From assembly GCF_009914755.1 (NCBI RefSeq), contig NC_060948.1: a stretch of 64,000 nt of DNA. One strand, 5' to 3'. The notes beneath the pieces are model-generated. The model saw nothing but the letters and a program-made list of their open reading frames with translations. It was not told the DNA's origin and did not search any database. The DNA comes from the human T2T-CHM13v2.0 reference genome, Homo sapiens. Each line of letters begins with the position of its first letter. Position 1 is the first letter of the stretch. Made by a program: the position numbers and the translations under genes. This document shows, in pieces, positions 1 through 14,532 of this stretch.

Positions 1-254
1 GCATGTAATCCCAGAATTTTGGGAGGTCAAGACAGAAGGATTGTTTGAGCCTAGGAGTTCAAGACCAGTGTGGGCAACATGGCAAGACTCTGTGTCTACA
101 AAAAAAATAACAAAAAACGGTGGTGTGCATCTATAGTCCCAGCTACTCGGGAGGCTGAGGTGGTGGGATCCCAGGAGATGGAGGTTGCAGTGGACCAAGA
201 TCTCGTCACTGCACTCCAGCCTGGGCCACAGGGTGAGACACTGTCTCAAAAAAA
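1..254 (+). mobile_element. Alu (old, AluJ-like), 5' end cut by window edge
   Basis: Diverged dimeric Alu: tgtaatcccag..., ggagttcaagaccag, A-rich linker, gcactccagcctggg...gagacactgtctcaaaa; runs directly into L1. Confidence 0.9.
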
Positions 255-2430
<2,176 letters not shown>

Positions 2431-2799
2431 GATTATTTGCATCACTTGGTGAAAAAGAAAAATATCTGGGAAGCATTTTGTCTTCATGTTTGTAAACAAG
2501 TTTAAAACTTGTTACATCTTAATAAAGTCAAGTTGAGACATGCAAGTCCATTTGCTTAATATTAGTGCATTGACCTAGGGACAGAAAACTAAAAAATAGT
2601 TAATATTTGACTGTACTCATATACTGCCACTGGTTTGCAGTGGGACAAATTTGTGAAATGGAAACATAGATGGGTGCCTAAAGCCTGACAATCTTGAATT
2701 ACCATTCAAAAGTACTTTAAAACCATCCTAGACAAGACTGTCTCATGTAAAAGAAACAAAGATGGGTGAATTCTACTTCTGAAATAATTTTTTTTGTTC

Positions 2800-3500
2800 T
2801 CTCCTCTCCTCTTCCATCTCATGGCCCTTGCATCCATGACAGGTGTCTATTACACAGTGCCAGCAGCCTCCTAAACCAGTTATTCAGCCTACCTCTATGA
2901 CCTCCCAGCCCTCACCTCCTTTGTGCATCCCCCCAACTCAGTGCCAGCAAAGAAACCTTTCTATAACGCAGATGCTTATGTCAGGCCTCTGCCTAAAATT
3001 ACTTATTGACAGAGGCCTAATACCCATAGATGAAATTATAAAATACTTAGAGTGATATGCAAAATCACTTAGAGTAACAGAGAAGTCCCTAACTTCTAGT
3101 TTTCTCTCATACCACTTTTTCTCATGAATCCTATACTGAACTGTTAGCTGTTGCCTAACACCATTATTTTTTTTATATCTCTGCACCTTCATGTACATTA
3201 TTCTGCCGGTCTAGAATGATCTTCCCTTCATTCCATAGTTACCAGCTACCCTTGTTTTGTGGCTTAATCATTACCTTTTATATGAAAGTATACCCAGATG
3301 CTGCTTTTATATAAACAGAAATACAGATGCGATGTCTGTGCTCTCTGAGCTGTCTATATATTGATTTTAACACATTGCATTTCAATTGTCTATGTGTTTG
3401 TCTCCTATCAGGTTTTGAGAGTTTTGAAGACAATGACCATATCTGATTCATCTTGAGAACCCCAGTTCACAGCAACTCAGTGTAGGTGCACAGTCAATAA
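2800..3500 (+). mobile_element. L2 fragment (3' region)
   Basis: Degenerate L2 motifs: cagcctcctaa, tctagaatgatcttcc, tgtctcct...tgagagttttgaagaca...tgattcatctt. Confidence 0.55.
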
Positions 3501-4050
3501 TTTAAAATACAATTCAGAATACTGATATGGTGCAAGTAAACAGAAAACTAACATGGAACAATGAAACGATGATGAACATAGGCTCAAGGCAGAGTCTGTT
3601 TTCCCTTTTTTATACTCCTATAAAAGGAGAAGGATTCCAATTTTGATAACATGACTGTAATTAGTTAACAAAAGGATACAGGGAACAGTGTAGCCTATTA
3701 CAATAGAAAAATGCATGCCCTAAAATTAAGGCATCTCAAAGTACATGTCTTTTTATTAGATAGTTTGTTGGTTTACAATTTAAACTTTGGTGGTTTTAAA
3801 ATGTAAACTACTAGAAAAATCTTCTTGTGGTTTTATCAAATATTTAAAGGTGAAGAAAAATAATTTGTAAAATGGTTGAGTTAAATTAGACAAGAATGAC
3901 CCAGTTGCTTCCACCATTTAATAACATTCACTGTCTATGTACATGCTTTTTAATGTTTTTTTCCTCCCACATTAATCAAATGCTAGGAGATAGGGCATAT
4001 CGAGGCCATAGCCTACCTAAGCACTAAATGCCATTCGCACGCTATTCACT

Positions 4051-4221
4051 TGTTTTATTTTATTTCATTTTTGAGACGGAGTCTCCTTCTGTCGCCCAGG
4101 CTGGGATGCCGTAACAGAATCTCGGCTCACTGCGACCTCCACCTCCAGGGCTCAAGAGATTGTCCTGCTTCAGACTTCCTAGTAGCTGAGATTACAGGCA
4201 TGTGCCATTCCCAGCTAATTT
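4051..4221 (-). mobile_element. 5'-truncated Alu (right monomer)
   Basis: T-rich tail then gagacggagtct...gtcgcccaggctgg; TSD gctattcac at 4041-4049 and 4222-4230. Confidence 0.88.
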
Positions 4222-7200
4222 GCTATTCACCTTTTGATTCCGGAGAATCAAAGGTGTCCTGTTGAGCAGTCTTGTGCGAATGAGAATCAGGTCTTGAATA
4301 AGTTGCTCACAAAATCCATGCCAAACTAATCTCCCAATGGCTCCCAGTGATCACAAAGGTCTTTTACACAAATCTCTGCAATGCTTGACTGACCTCATTG
4401 GCCTCCTTCACCTCAGTAAATGGATCCATAGGGGCATTTGCCTTGTATTTAAGGAAAGAAAGAATCTTTCTGAATTTGGACTAAATGCCATAAAATCTCT
4501 GTCATGTACAAATGGAATAATTATTGCAGCTGGGCCTATGGGCCACTTCTTATTAAGAAAAAATCATTTATTTGCAAGAGTTCTAAAAACTCAAAGCATT
4601 TAGATCGTTCGTACTGCCACATTTCTATTATTAATCATCCACTATAAAACCTGCTGAAAGAAACATGTCCAGTGTTTTCTTTTCAGTTATCTAAAGTAAT
4701 GATAATATTTGTACTAATTCTAGACATTGAGATACAGTAATTTTATACATTCTAAGTTTTTAACAACACGTTTCAAAGGTGTACATGAGAAGCAAATATA
4801 TTGGAAATTAAGGAAACAGTAGTTAATCACATCTCAATCATTTTACCACTATTTCTTTTAAATAAATACGTATATAATGAAGTTAGTACAGGTTACTATT
4901 TCAGAAAAAAAGAAGAAATATAAGATATTTCTTTGGATGTTATTTCTAATTTTATCTTATGATTCTCTTGAGTTTAACGTTTTAAATTATTATGCATTTA
5001 TATATTTCCTGATCTATTCAGTTTCTATATACTTGCTGCCTTAAAAACCTGAGCTAGAAGTGACTTTTAATATTAACTTTATTCTATTTAGTGTTTTTAT
5101 TATCAATTTTCATGATCTGCATTCAAAGGAGAGAAGAAAAAGGGAGGCTGTGTGTAAATGACAAAATATGAATTCTTAAGTTTGAGTCATCCTTTATGAC
5201 ATTAACAATGAAATGAAGAAGATGTCATTAAACAATGGGCTAGAAGTGAAAAGTTTAAGAGTTTTCTTTTCCACTTCGCCTCCAACTGATTTTGTGCCTT
5301 AATAGCCACATCAGCAAAAATGGCATTATTGGCTTCTCATTTCCCTGGATAGTGGTAAAATGTAAATTGCTGATGGCTAGCCTGTGAGATTCATAATTTG
5401 TACCAGGTAAAAGGAAAAGGGCCAAGGACCGTATGGATAAGGTAAGAATGTCTAGTTTTAAATCAAAATACATTTGAAATAATCAGAGAAAAGAGTAAGA
5501 AAACAAGATATTAAAAAGCAGAAAGTATTCATGAATTAAACCTCCAATTATGTGCTGGAGTGAATACTATCATTTTAGTGTACATGTCTACTTTTTTTTA
5601 AAAAGATCTCCTCTCTAGTCTCTACTGTTGCCTGAGGATATTCAATGTTTGGAAAGCTAGAGTTGATATTGTGGCACAGGACTATGAATGGCTTGCTGTA
5701 TAATCAGGGAAGAAGTCTATAAGATTATAAAGATTTGCACTGATCTATGTTGAAACATATATATTTATATATGTAATGTTCCTTCAATAACTACAAGGCT
5801 CCAATTACACACAGAGGTGAGTTTTGACAACATAAATATGATGAAAGATAAAATATTTTGAGAATAAAATTACTAGGGTCTGATGTCTATATATAGGGTG
5901 ATAGACAATCTTTTTTACTGTCTTTAAAATAAATTATATTCTGACAGCAGTAAAATATTCTTCTTTCTAGAAACAGGTGATTTTCAGTTCTAGTATTTAG
6001 ATTATTTGTCTCTACTGTATCTGAAAATCTTCAGGTAGTATTTTTTTTCAGAGATCTATTCAGACTTTAATGCCCACAGGGAGAAAAAGCACACTGCTTT
6101 GGGCTTCGTTCCTATTTCTTGTTTTTCATTAAGTATGAGTTGTAAGTGAGCAAGAAACCCTATTATATCTGAGTCAGTGTCAGCGATCACATAATTATTT
6201 GCCTGATTACTTTTCAATTTTATGTTTTTAAGCATTTGCTTCCTCAGAGGTCTTCACTTTGCTTTGTCTAAGATTTGGAAATGAAAAAAAAACATGTTTT
6301 CCTATTTCATAAATTAAAAAATTTCCTATGTGTATATCATAAATTGGAAAGAAATCCAAGTTACCACTTTATCCTGTGTTCTAATGATAATACTCTTATC
6401 TTTATACTAAATTTGACCTCTAAGAAAGAGACTAAAAAAGAATACTGTGGGCAGCCTTTGTGATCTAAATCATTCCAAATTACTTAGTTATAACAAAATC
6501 ATATATCAGGCTTTACTTTAGTAAATGAAATATTCCCATTATTAGACAACATCATAGCTATAGGCTTTCAAAAAATTAGAGTGAAATTTCTGCTGTAATT
6601 AGCATTTTATAAAATTAGAAATACAGTTCTTTAGTTGCTAAAATGATCTTCAACATTCTTGTTCTGTTAAAATCTTTCTCTCATAAATTTCTAGAGAGCA
6701 TATATGAGAAAAGAATACGGCAAAATAATATCTGGATTGCATTAAAGTGAATTATAGTGGATTTAATTTCATTGTAGCTCTCTTTCCAATCCAGTCATAC
6801 ATTACATGACCTAACATAAATTTTGTGGTTTTAAAAGTTGTTAGCTTACAAGATTCACAGCAAACACAGGTGGAAATTTCTGTTCTGGAAAAAGGATAAA
6901 TTCACAAAGTAGATTAGTTACAGCAAAATTTAGTTTTTAAAATAAATTACCAAATGCCATTTCTATCTCTGATAGTCAGAATGTGTCTGTGATTATACCA
7001 CTTAACTAACTGTTTCATAGTAAAATAGATTTCATTTGAAGGTTGTGGTAAGATACAATTATGGAATCATTGGCAATTATGTGCTGCTTTAAGGCACCTG
7101 TGAACAAAAAAGAATAAATGAGATTAGACATTCAAATCTTTTCAAGCAGTGGATAATTTTCCCATTATCCAGGGTTTCTTTTTAAAGACGTCTCTACTCA

Positions 7201-8487
7201 ATAACCCATTTTTCTAAATGTTTATAGCCACAGATAGAACAAAGAAAAATCATTTGTATCTTATTTATACAAGAATTTTGTCCCTAAAGATATTTATGAG
7301 AAAATGAGGTAAATAAGAGTAGTCAACATACACCAAAACACTGTATGATATATAGTTAAGATTCCATATTACAAAACACATTGTTTACAGTACTATGTTG
7401 AAGTTTCCAGGTCAACATAAAATAACATCTCAACCAACATAACCATGTGTTTATGGGGCAAAATACCAATGAACAAAACTTTATGAAATCTACTGAGCTA
7501 TTCAGTACATTTAAGGTACACAAAAACAATCATTTGTTCCAACATTGTTAAGTGTCTGGTAGTGGAAGCATTTAACGAGAAAGTTAATGAAGGGGACCTA
7601 CAATGTCTGATAAGTCATTTATGAAGAGAAAATGCATTAACAGCTGGGTGATGGCAACATAGGAGCTGTGCAGAATTTAAATCAACACACGTGACAGCAC
7701 ATCTGAAAAAGGAAATACAGTATCATAAAATTCCATGTGTCAGAAAGCATGTAGCTCAGACTTAGGCCTGTCTATGGTAAGACAAGCAAAATTCCAACAT
7801 AAGGGTTTACTGTTAAGGCAAGGTTAACACAACACAAACCATGATACATAGACATTATTTATGGTCTACAGTGAAGAGGACACGATGGAGTCTAAATTAT
7901 GAGGGCAAACAAATCAAAATTATTATAGAAACCGTGTGCTTATTTTTAACTTAAGTTTATTCTTAAATTATGTGGTGATCAGGTGGAGGGCAAAGGACAG
8001 CGAAACAATAGGTGTTTTCATTCTGTGCCCTTCTCCAAAGTTCTATAACCTGGTAGAAATAGAAACAAGGATTGCTACTTCAGACCCTCACTTTCCCCAA
8101 GTTCTCTATCATAATATATGAACCCCGAAATGTGTAATTGTTGTTATTTTTAAGACTGCATGTTTCTTCTGTAGGGATTTTTTATTTATAGCAAACTAAG
8201 ATTTTTTATTTCTATGTTAAGAATTTCCTTGTAAGATTTGTATTTGGTAACAATGAAAGATTCTGCCTTGTCTGTAGAAAAGATTTCCATAATATTCTAC
8301 AACTGATTTTAAAGATGGAACAGCCCAGTAAACAATGGGCAATATATTTGTTTATCTGGCATTCAATAAGACATGAATATCCTTACATGAATAAATCACT
8401 GCAAGTATTCTTTACAAGAAATCTATCACCAAATATGGGCCCCTCTCAATATATTCTAGTGGTATCTTGAAAAAATATTAACAACAT

Positions 8488-9300
8488 TGAAGTTTGAAGT
8501 TATGCTCCTGGAAAACACAGATAAATTCCACCTCCACACCTCCCGACCACCATCAAATTTTCGTATTCTAGGAAATGACTTACCATAAAGAAACGCCCTT
8601 CTCCATGTGACTTGGATAAGACTAGCAGATGACTCCCTTGGCTACCTATGACAAGGGCAGAAGCATCCTCCAAATTCCCATTCTGTGTGTCGTATATGAT
8701 GAGCCGAACTGTTTCTCCAAACTGATCAATTTGTACAAATTACCCACTAACTTGACTTGATCAAATTTTAGTCAGGCTTCCTCCCTCCTCTGAGAAATCT
8801 GAAGTTTGGCCAACCTTCGGCACAAGCCAGCATCAAAGCGTGAACAGCCAGCCCGTCTTTAACAGTCCTTCTGAAAAATAGGCTGAGCATAAGAAAAAAC
8901 ATTGCCTGATAACCTGTCTATTCAAGTTACCTGTTTGTTCTACTCCCTTACACCGAGTTTCCTCTAGCCTTGTTTACTCCTTATTTTTAAAAAGACCTCC
9001 ATAGGGGGAGGGGGGAGGGATAGCATTAGGAGATATACCTAATACTAAATGACGAGTTAATGGGTGCAGCACACCAGCATGGCACGTGTATACATATGTA
9101 ACTAACCGGCACATTGTGCACACGTACCCTAAAACTTAAAGTATGATAATTAAAAAAAAAAGACCTTTATGTTTGACCTTATAGAGGCTCAAGGTTCGCA
9201 AATCTTTTACCCAATTGCAATGGTCCTACCCCCCTTATGCAGCAGTCTTTTCCAATAAAGTCTCTTCTTAACCAAATACGGATTTGTTTTTTATTTGGCA
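8488..9300 (+). mobile_element. ERV1-class solo LTR (MER34/MER39-like), interrupted by a short L1PA
   Basis: gatcaaattttagtcaggcttc motif, tgcagcagtcttttccAATAAAgtctct poly(A) region, ends in tttggca; 5' boundary approximate. Confidence 0.6.
8999..9160 (+). mobile_element. Very short 5'-truncated young L1 (L1PA2/PA3-like 3' end)
   Basis: gggggagggatagcattaggagatatacctaat...aaatgacgagttaatgggtgcagcacaccagcatggcac...ccctaaaacttaaagtat plus poly(A); TSD aaaaagacct on both sides. Confidence 0.92.
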
Positions 9301-10319
9301 ATAGTTAGACATCTCACTGAGTACCCTCCCACCCTCAGGGATGACTATTACAGACATCTGCTGAAAAGCAGAACATTCAGTCAACCTTGTGATATTCTGT
9401 GTTCCATCATTCTGGCAAGCTACAGTATTTCTCCTTCAACAGTCTATCAAAAAATAAAATGGTTCTTCTGTCAGGTTCTTGTAAAGGGATACAGCCTATA
9501 ATTAAATACTTGGCTCAGCTCACATATGTATGGCAGAATTTCCAATAATGGTAAGATTGTTGCTGGTAAAGAAACTAAATGATACCACACAAAACGAGGA
9601 GAGAAATATTCAGGCATCCAGATGAGAAATGTATACTTGGTTGTATGCTTGTTGTTCATGTTTTTTTTTCTATGTAATAAAAATTCCAATATTTCTGCTT
9701 TAAAACAGTTTAATTATCTTACAAAGAAATAGTCCTATGAAGAAATGGACTGCCTTAACAAAAATATTGTGATGACTGGAATGATTTAATTTTTGCTACT
9801 CTAAGTAATTCATACATGGAAAAAATAACAATTGCTCGTAACTATTAATTACTTTATTGTCACAGTGTTCATCAAGCTTACAAAATCGTTTTACTATTCC
9901 CGGAATACTGCTCAATGATTTCTCCAGAATTGGTGATTAAAGCATTAGGCCAGAATTGTGGAAATGAAACCTACAGTGGAAAAACAGTAGTTTACATTTT
10001 TTTGTTTTCATCTTCAGGGTATATTACTGCACTTCAGACAGAAAAAAAATAGCTGTGGCCCATAACCAATAAATAAAGATAAACCATTGTAGAGTTAAGG
10101 GAAATCTATCAGTTGTCCTAGAAGAAACTACCCAACAACTCCACATTTTTCTTGTTTGACATAGCTAACAAGGTAAGTATCTAGGAGAAAAACAGTTTTT
10201 TAGTGACCACTAAATGTTTACAGTTTCTTAGCATAGTTAGGAACAAACAGGGAAAGGACGTGGCGGTGCTATATGCATCAGAAGGGCCAATGAACAAAGT
10301 AAATTAATGGTGAACCTAT

Positions 10320-10680
10320 ACTTCAAGTTTCTGTTCTGACATGAAATGACCTTGTAAGCCATCACTCCTTATATCAAGAAAATGCTGGACAAACAGAAAA
10401 TTAACAACCTTTTAAATAATATGTAATTATTATAATATAATTTTAATATTAAATATTAATAATATTTTAAAACTTTTCCAACAACAGGAAGCGAATTTCT
10501 CCTCACTATACCAGTATAAACTTCCCAAACCGAGATGCAAAGAGAAAAAAAAGAATAAAAAAAAACAGAACAGAACTTCTAAAAACTGTGGGAGTATCCA
10601 AAGGGTTTAGTAATATATACCAGTAGAAAAAAGAAAGGAAGAACTGGGTTAAAAAAAAAAAAAAAATTTGAAGTCAAAGA
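10320..10680 (+). mobile_element. Ancient L1M 5'/ORF1 fragments
   Basis: A-rich ORF1-like gcaaagagaaaaaaaagaat...cagaacagaac...aactgtggga. Confidence 0.4.
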
Positions 10681-10714
10681 TCTAACCACCTTTGCAAAAT
10701 CCTAGCCATTTCAT

Positions 10715-11390
10715 TGATGGATTCATTTATTTCTTTATCAATTCATTTTTTTAAAAAAAAGATCTGTGTGGTACTACTGTATAGACACTAATGGTACAAG
10801 ACTGAGACATTGCTTTGAAGAACAATGTTAAAACAAAACAATACAAGAAGTGAATAAAGTAACTGCAGAGTATAAATTATGTTCTGTGAAGGAAATAAGC
10901 AGGACACTAAAATACAGTAGTCCTATCTTTTCTGCAATTTTGTTTTCTGAGGTTTCAGTGGTGCAAAAATAGTCAATGGAAAATTGCAGAAATAAACGGT
11001 TCCTAAGTTTTAAAATGCACACCGTTCTGAACAGCATGATGAAATCTTGCACCCTCCTGGGTCAGTACTGCCCAGGATGTGAATCTTCCCATTGTCTAGT
11101 GTATACATGTTGTAGACCCTGCGGCCCATTAGTCACTTAGTAGCCATTTCAGGTATCAGATAGAAAAATTATAGTGTGTATAAGGTTCTGTACTATGTGC
11201 AGTTGCAGGCATCTGCTGGGAATCTTGAAGATTATCCATTTTGGATAAGGGGACTACTGTAGAGAGCAAAGTTTTGGGTAAATATTTCATTTGGGGTGAT
11301 TAGGAAAGGTCACTCTAAAGATATGACATTCAAACTGACACTTAAAGATGAGACAGAGCTAGCTGAATGGAGCATGGAAGAATAGAATGC
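10715..11390 (-). mobile_element. L2 fragment split by MER44A
   Basis: attcatttatt tail at left; ggtgattaggaaaggtcactctaaagatatgacatt...aaagatgag resumes after MER44A. Confidence 0.55.
10915..11259 (+). mobile_element. MER44A (Tigger7-derived Tc1/mariner-superfamily MITE)
   Basis: Terminal inverted repeats cagtagtcc...ggactactg flanked by TA dinucleotides (10913-14, 11260-61); internal ggaaaattgcagaaataaac. Confidence 0.85.
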
Positions 11391-13096
11391 GATCATTCCA
11401 CGGGTTCATTAGTCTCAATTATGCAAGTTGTTTCTTCACAGAGTATGAGCCAAATTCCTATATTACAGTGGTTTCTATACTTTTGTGTCATTTGTCTTTT
11501 TGAGAAATGCCAACTCAGGTGTCAAATCTTCCCTGGATCTGCTCAGTCAGAATTCAGCTAACCCTTTGTTACGTTTCCAAAACATTTTGCCTGTGTTTCT
11601 GTTGTACTACCTACATTAGCCTTCAATTGATAGTCATTTGAGTCTCCTTCACTAGACTTTCAACATTTTGTCATCTTCCTTTTTTTCAATCCCCCATGGA
11701 AACAATAGTGCATTGTAATGGAGTAAGTGTTTGCCAAATGAATGTTCACATGTGCATGTGGACAAATGAAAAAATAAACTAGATATAAACTAATGAAAAT
11801 AATAAATGCCTCTGTAAAAGCTTTGTTTCTCTATTTTTCGGTAATTCTTGTTGGAATTCCCTAAGTCCTTAGGTTATTATGTTTCTAGTCAATGAGATGT
11901 TTCTTTTAATTAATTAGTAACTCAAAAGTATCTTACTTTTTATGTCTTTGGTATAGGTAAATATTTTAACAAGTCTCTTTCATATTTTTATTTTGGAAAA
12001 AAAGTAGGGAGGGTTGATTATTTTCAGGATCATGTTTTAAAATAATTACTCTAGCCTTGCTCCTGCTTAAAGGTATTTCTTCTGAAAAAGATTTCAATCA
12101 ATTGTCTATGTACACTATCTTGTCTATAAATACTATAAATGGAACTAAAGTGGTCTATTTAAACTAATTATAACCTGTAAAGCAAGAATGAAAGGTTATT
12201 ACTTTAAGTTAATTCAGAGACTGAAAATTTCACAATTAACAATTGACATTTTGTAATTGCTGAGTTTGATATGTGCGTTAAGTCACTATATTCCCTTTAT
12301 AACAACTTTAATTCTATCTCAAGGAGACTATATGTAGAATGGGTTAAGTCTGTCTTATTTAGTCTGTTTTAACCTCCTACCTTGATCGTCAGTCAGTCAA
12401 GGGGGGGAGGGGCTTTATCAGGTAATTATGTGATGTAAATAAGGTTTTATTGGCCATTAAAATGAGACTACCAACTCCTTTTACTTAGTCTCTGAATAAC
12501 AAACAGCATGTAATAATTTGCTAGGGATATGACGCTGGGCATCATTGAACACAAATATACTCAACAGATGATGTGCCATATGGTTTTGCCTTCTTCTACA
12601 ATGAATAATTTACACATGACTCATCAAAAGTCACAGTAGAAGTTCATAATCACCCAATACTCACTAAGTAAGTAATATGCAACGTTATTAGGTTGCTTTT
12701 CAGCAGCCATCTTCAAAAACAATAGGAAGACACATGCTCATTATTTTTCATGTGTTATATTAGCTATATCATGTTCAGGCCACATAACTGTGTTTTTTTT
12801 AAAGAATATGTCCACTTCTAATAAATTATGTGTAAATGTTGGTTGTTACAGTTTAATTAGGCAGAGCTCTATTACTGCTCTGCCTAATAAAGTCTTAAGT
12901 ACCATTTACAAATATTCATTAAAAGTTGGAATAAAATCTCCTTTTGAATGAACGGCCATTGAAAGGGCTGGAGCAGTAATGGAAATAAAGCAAAAACACC
13001 ACTTGGTATTCTGCATTAATTGAAAATCAAGTGATAAAAGCAATCATATATGTATTAGAGTGCCCTTAAAAATTGTTTCAAAATGAAAACATGAAT

Positions 13097-13240
13097 GTGG
13101 TGGCATGGGCCTGTAGTCCCAGATATGTTGGAGGCTGAGGCAAAGGGATTGCTTGAGCCCAGAAGTTCAAGGGTGCAGTGAGCTGTGATTGCACTACTGC
13201 ACTCTAGCCTGGGTGACAGAGAGAGACCCTGTCTCCAAAT
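13097..13240 (+). mobile_element. Alu right monomer (FRAM/AluJ-like)
   Basis: cctgtagtcccag...ggattgcttgagcccagaagttcaag...gtgacagagagagaccctgtctc. Confidence 0.85.
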
Positions 13241-13289
13241 ATATATATACACACATATAATTGACTTGATATAATTTATAAAACTCATG

Positions 13290-13562
13290 AGAAAAACAAT
13301 AGCCCATTTATGTACACATATTTATAATCTTTCAGTTGTTCTTCTTCCTTCCTGATGCTCCAAGATTATTTCTTTTATCTCTTTAATTGTTTGACAAACT
13401 TCCTTTAGCCTTTAAGAGTAGGTATGCTACAAATTCTTTCAGTTTCCTTTAATCTGATAAAGTTTCTAATTTCCCCTTCATTTCTGAAGAATAGTTTTGC
13501 TAGATATAGAATCTGATGTTAACAATTTCTTTCTTTGATCACTTCCAAATTGTTGTGACACT
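13290..13562 (-). mobile_element. Ancient L1M ORF1 segment (left part of the element split by the SERBP1 retrocopy)
   Basis: ccttcatttctgaagaatagttttgctagatatagaatct typical of antisense L1M ORF1; continues at 18437. Confidence 0.7.
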
Positions 13563-14532
13563 ATTTTTTCTCCTAGAAAATCTGTTTTATGCATCATTCT
13601 CTCCGTATATGTTTTAATAAGTGGTGATGCTCCCATTAACGGAATTCATTATTAACCTAATTTTCTAATGGAGGAAGAGGAAAAATAATTATTGCTTTCT
13701 GTGGAACAAATATTCCTCTATCAACTTATGACCAAATAATAGCAATATAAGAAATCCAGAAACAGTAAAGATTTGGGGTTTATATTTCATGGATGGTGAT
13801 GCTGTTCCAACCTTGTAAAGTAAAACTGTCTGCTTTCCAAATTCCAAAAATTAAAATACTATCCTTCTCATCATACTAACCACTGTCTTTTGTTTTTTGT
13901 TTGTTAGAAAAAGGAATGATTAAAGAGTTATCAATTATGGATATACCATTTTGATTTTGGAGATTTTCACACACAGAAATTATATCAATTGGCCAGACAC
14001 TTATTTTATAGAACAGTTTAAATGCTACACATTAGCCAAATCAACTTATTCCACCCACCCTGTTGGAGTGGGTAAAACCCATACCCATAAAACAACTTCG
14101 CTTCGCAGAATGTGTCTATCAACGATAAGTAGCTTAAATAGCTCTCACAAATAAAGTGTCTGGTTTGGCTTTTAAAATGTGAAAGTCATACATTTGAAAA
14201 GTAAGTACAGTTGAAATTGTAAATTAATTATAATTTGAACCTAATGAACCACGCAAGAAGCAAGAGCTATTAAACCAATATGCTTTGAATTGGTTCAAGT
14301 ACTGATATTTCTGAGCATATTTAGTATATACACATGTATATATCTGGATATCATGACAAAAGAAAAAAAAATTTTCCGCAAAAAGAAAAATATTAAACAA
14401 ATCAAAGTTTAACATGTGCCAGTTGACCATGTGTGAAAATGCAAAGCAGGTATTAAAACTGATATGTTCAATATTTAAAACCAGTTTGTAATTGAGAGAA
14501 CATTTAAATCCTTGATTAAAAAACACAAATGA

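Noticed and set aside
10410-10472. Almost pure AT quasi-palindromic tract
   Set aside because: Low-complexity sequence; self-complementarity is expected from composition
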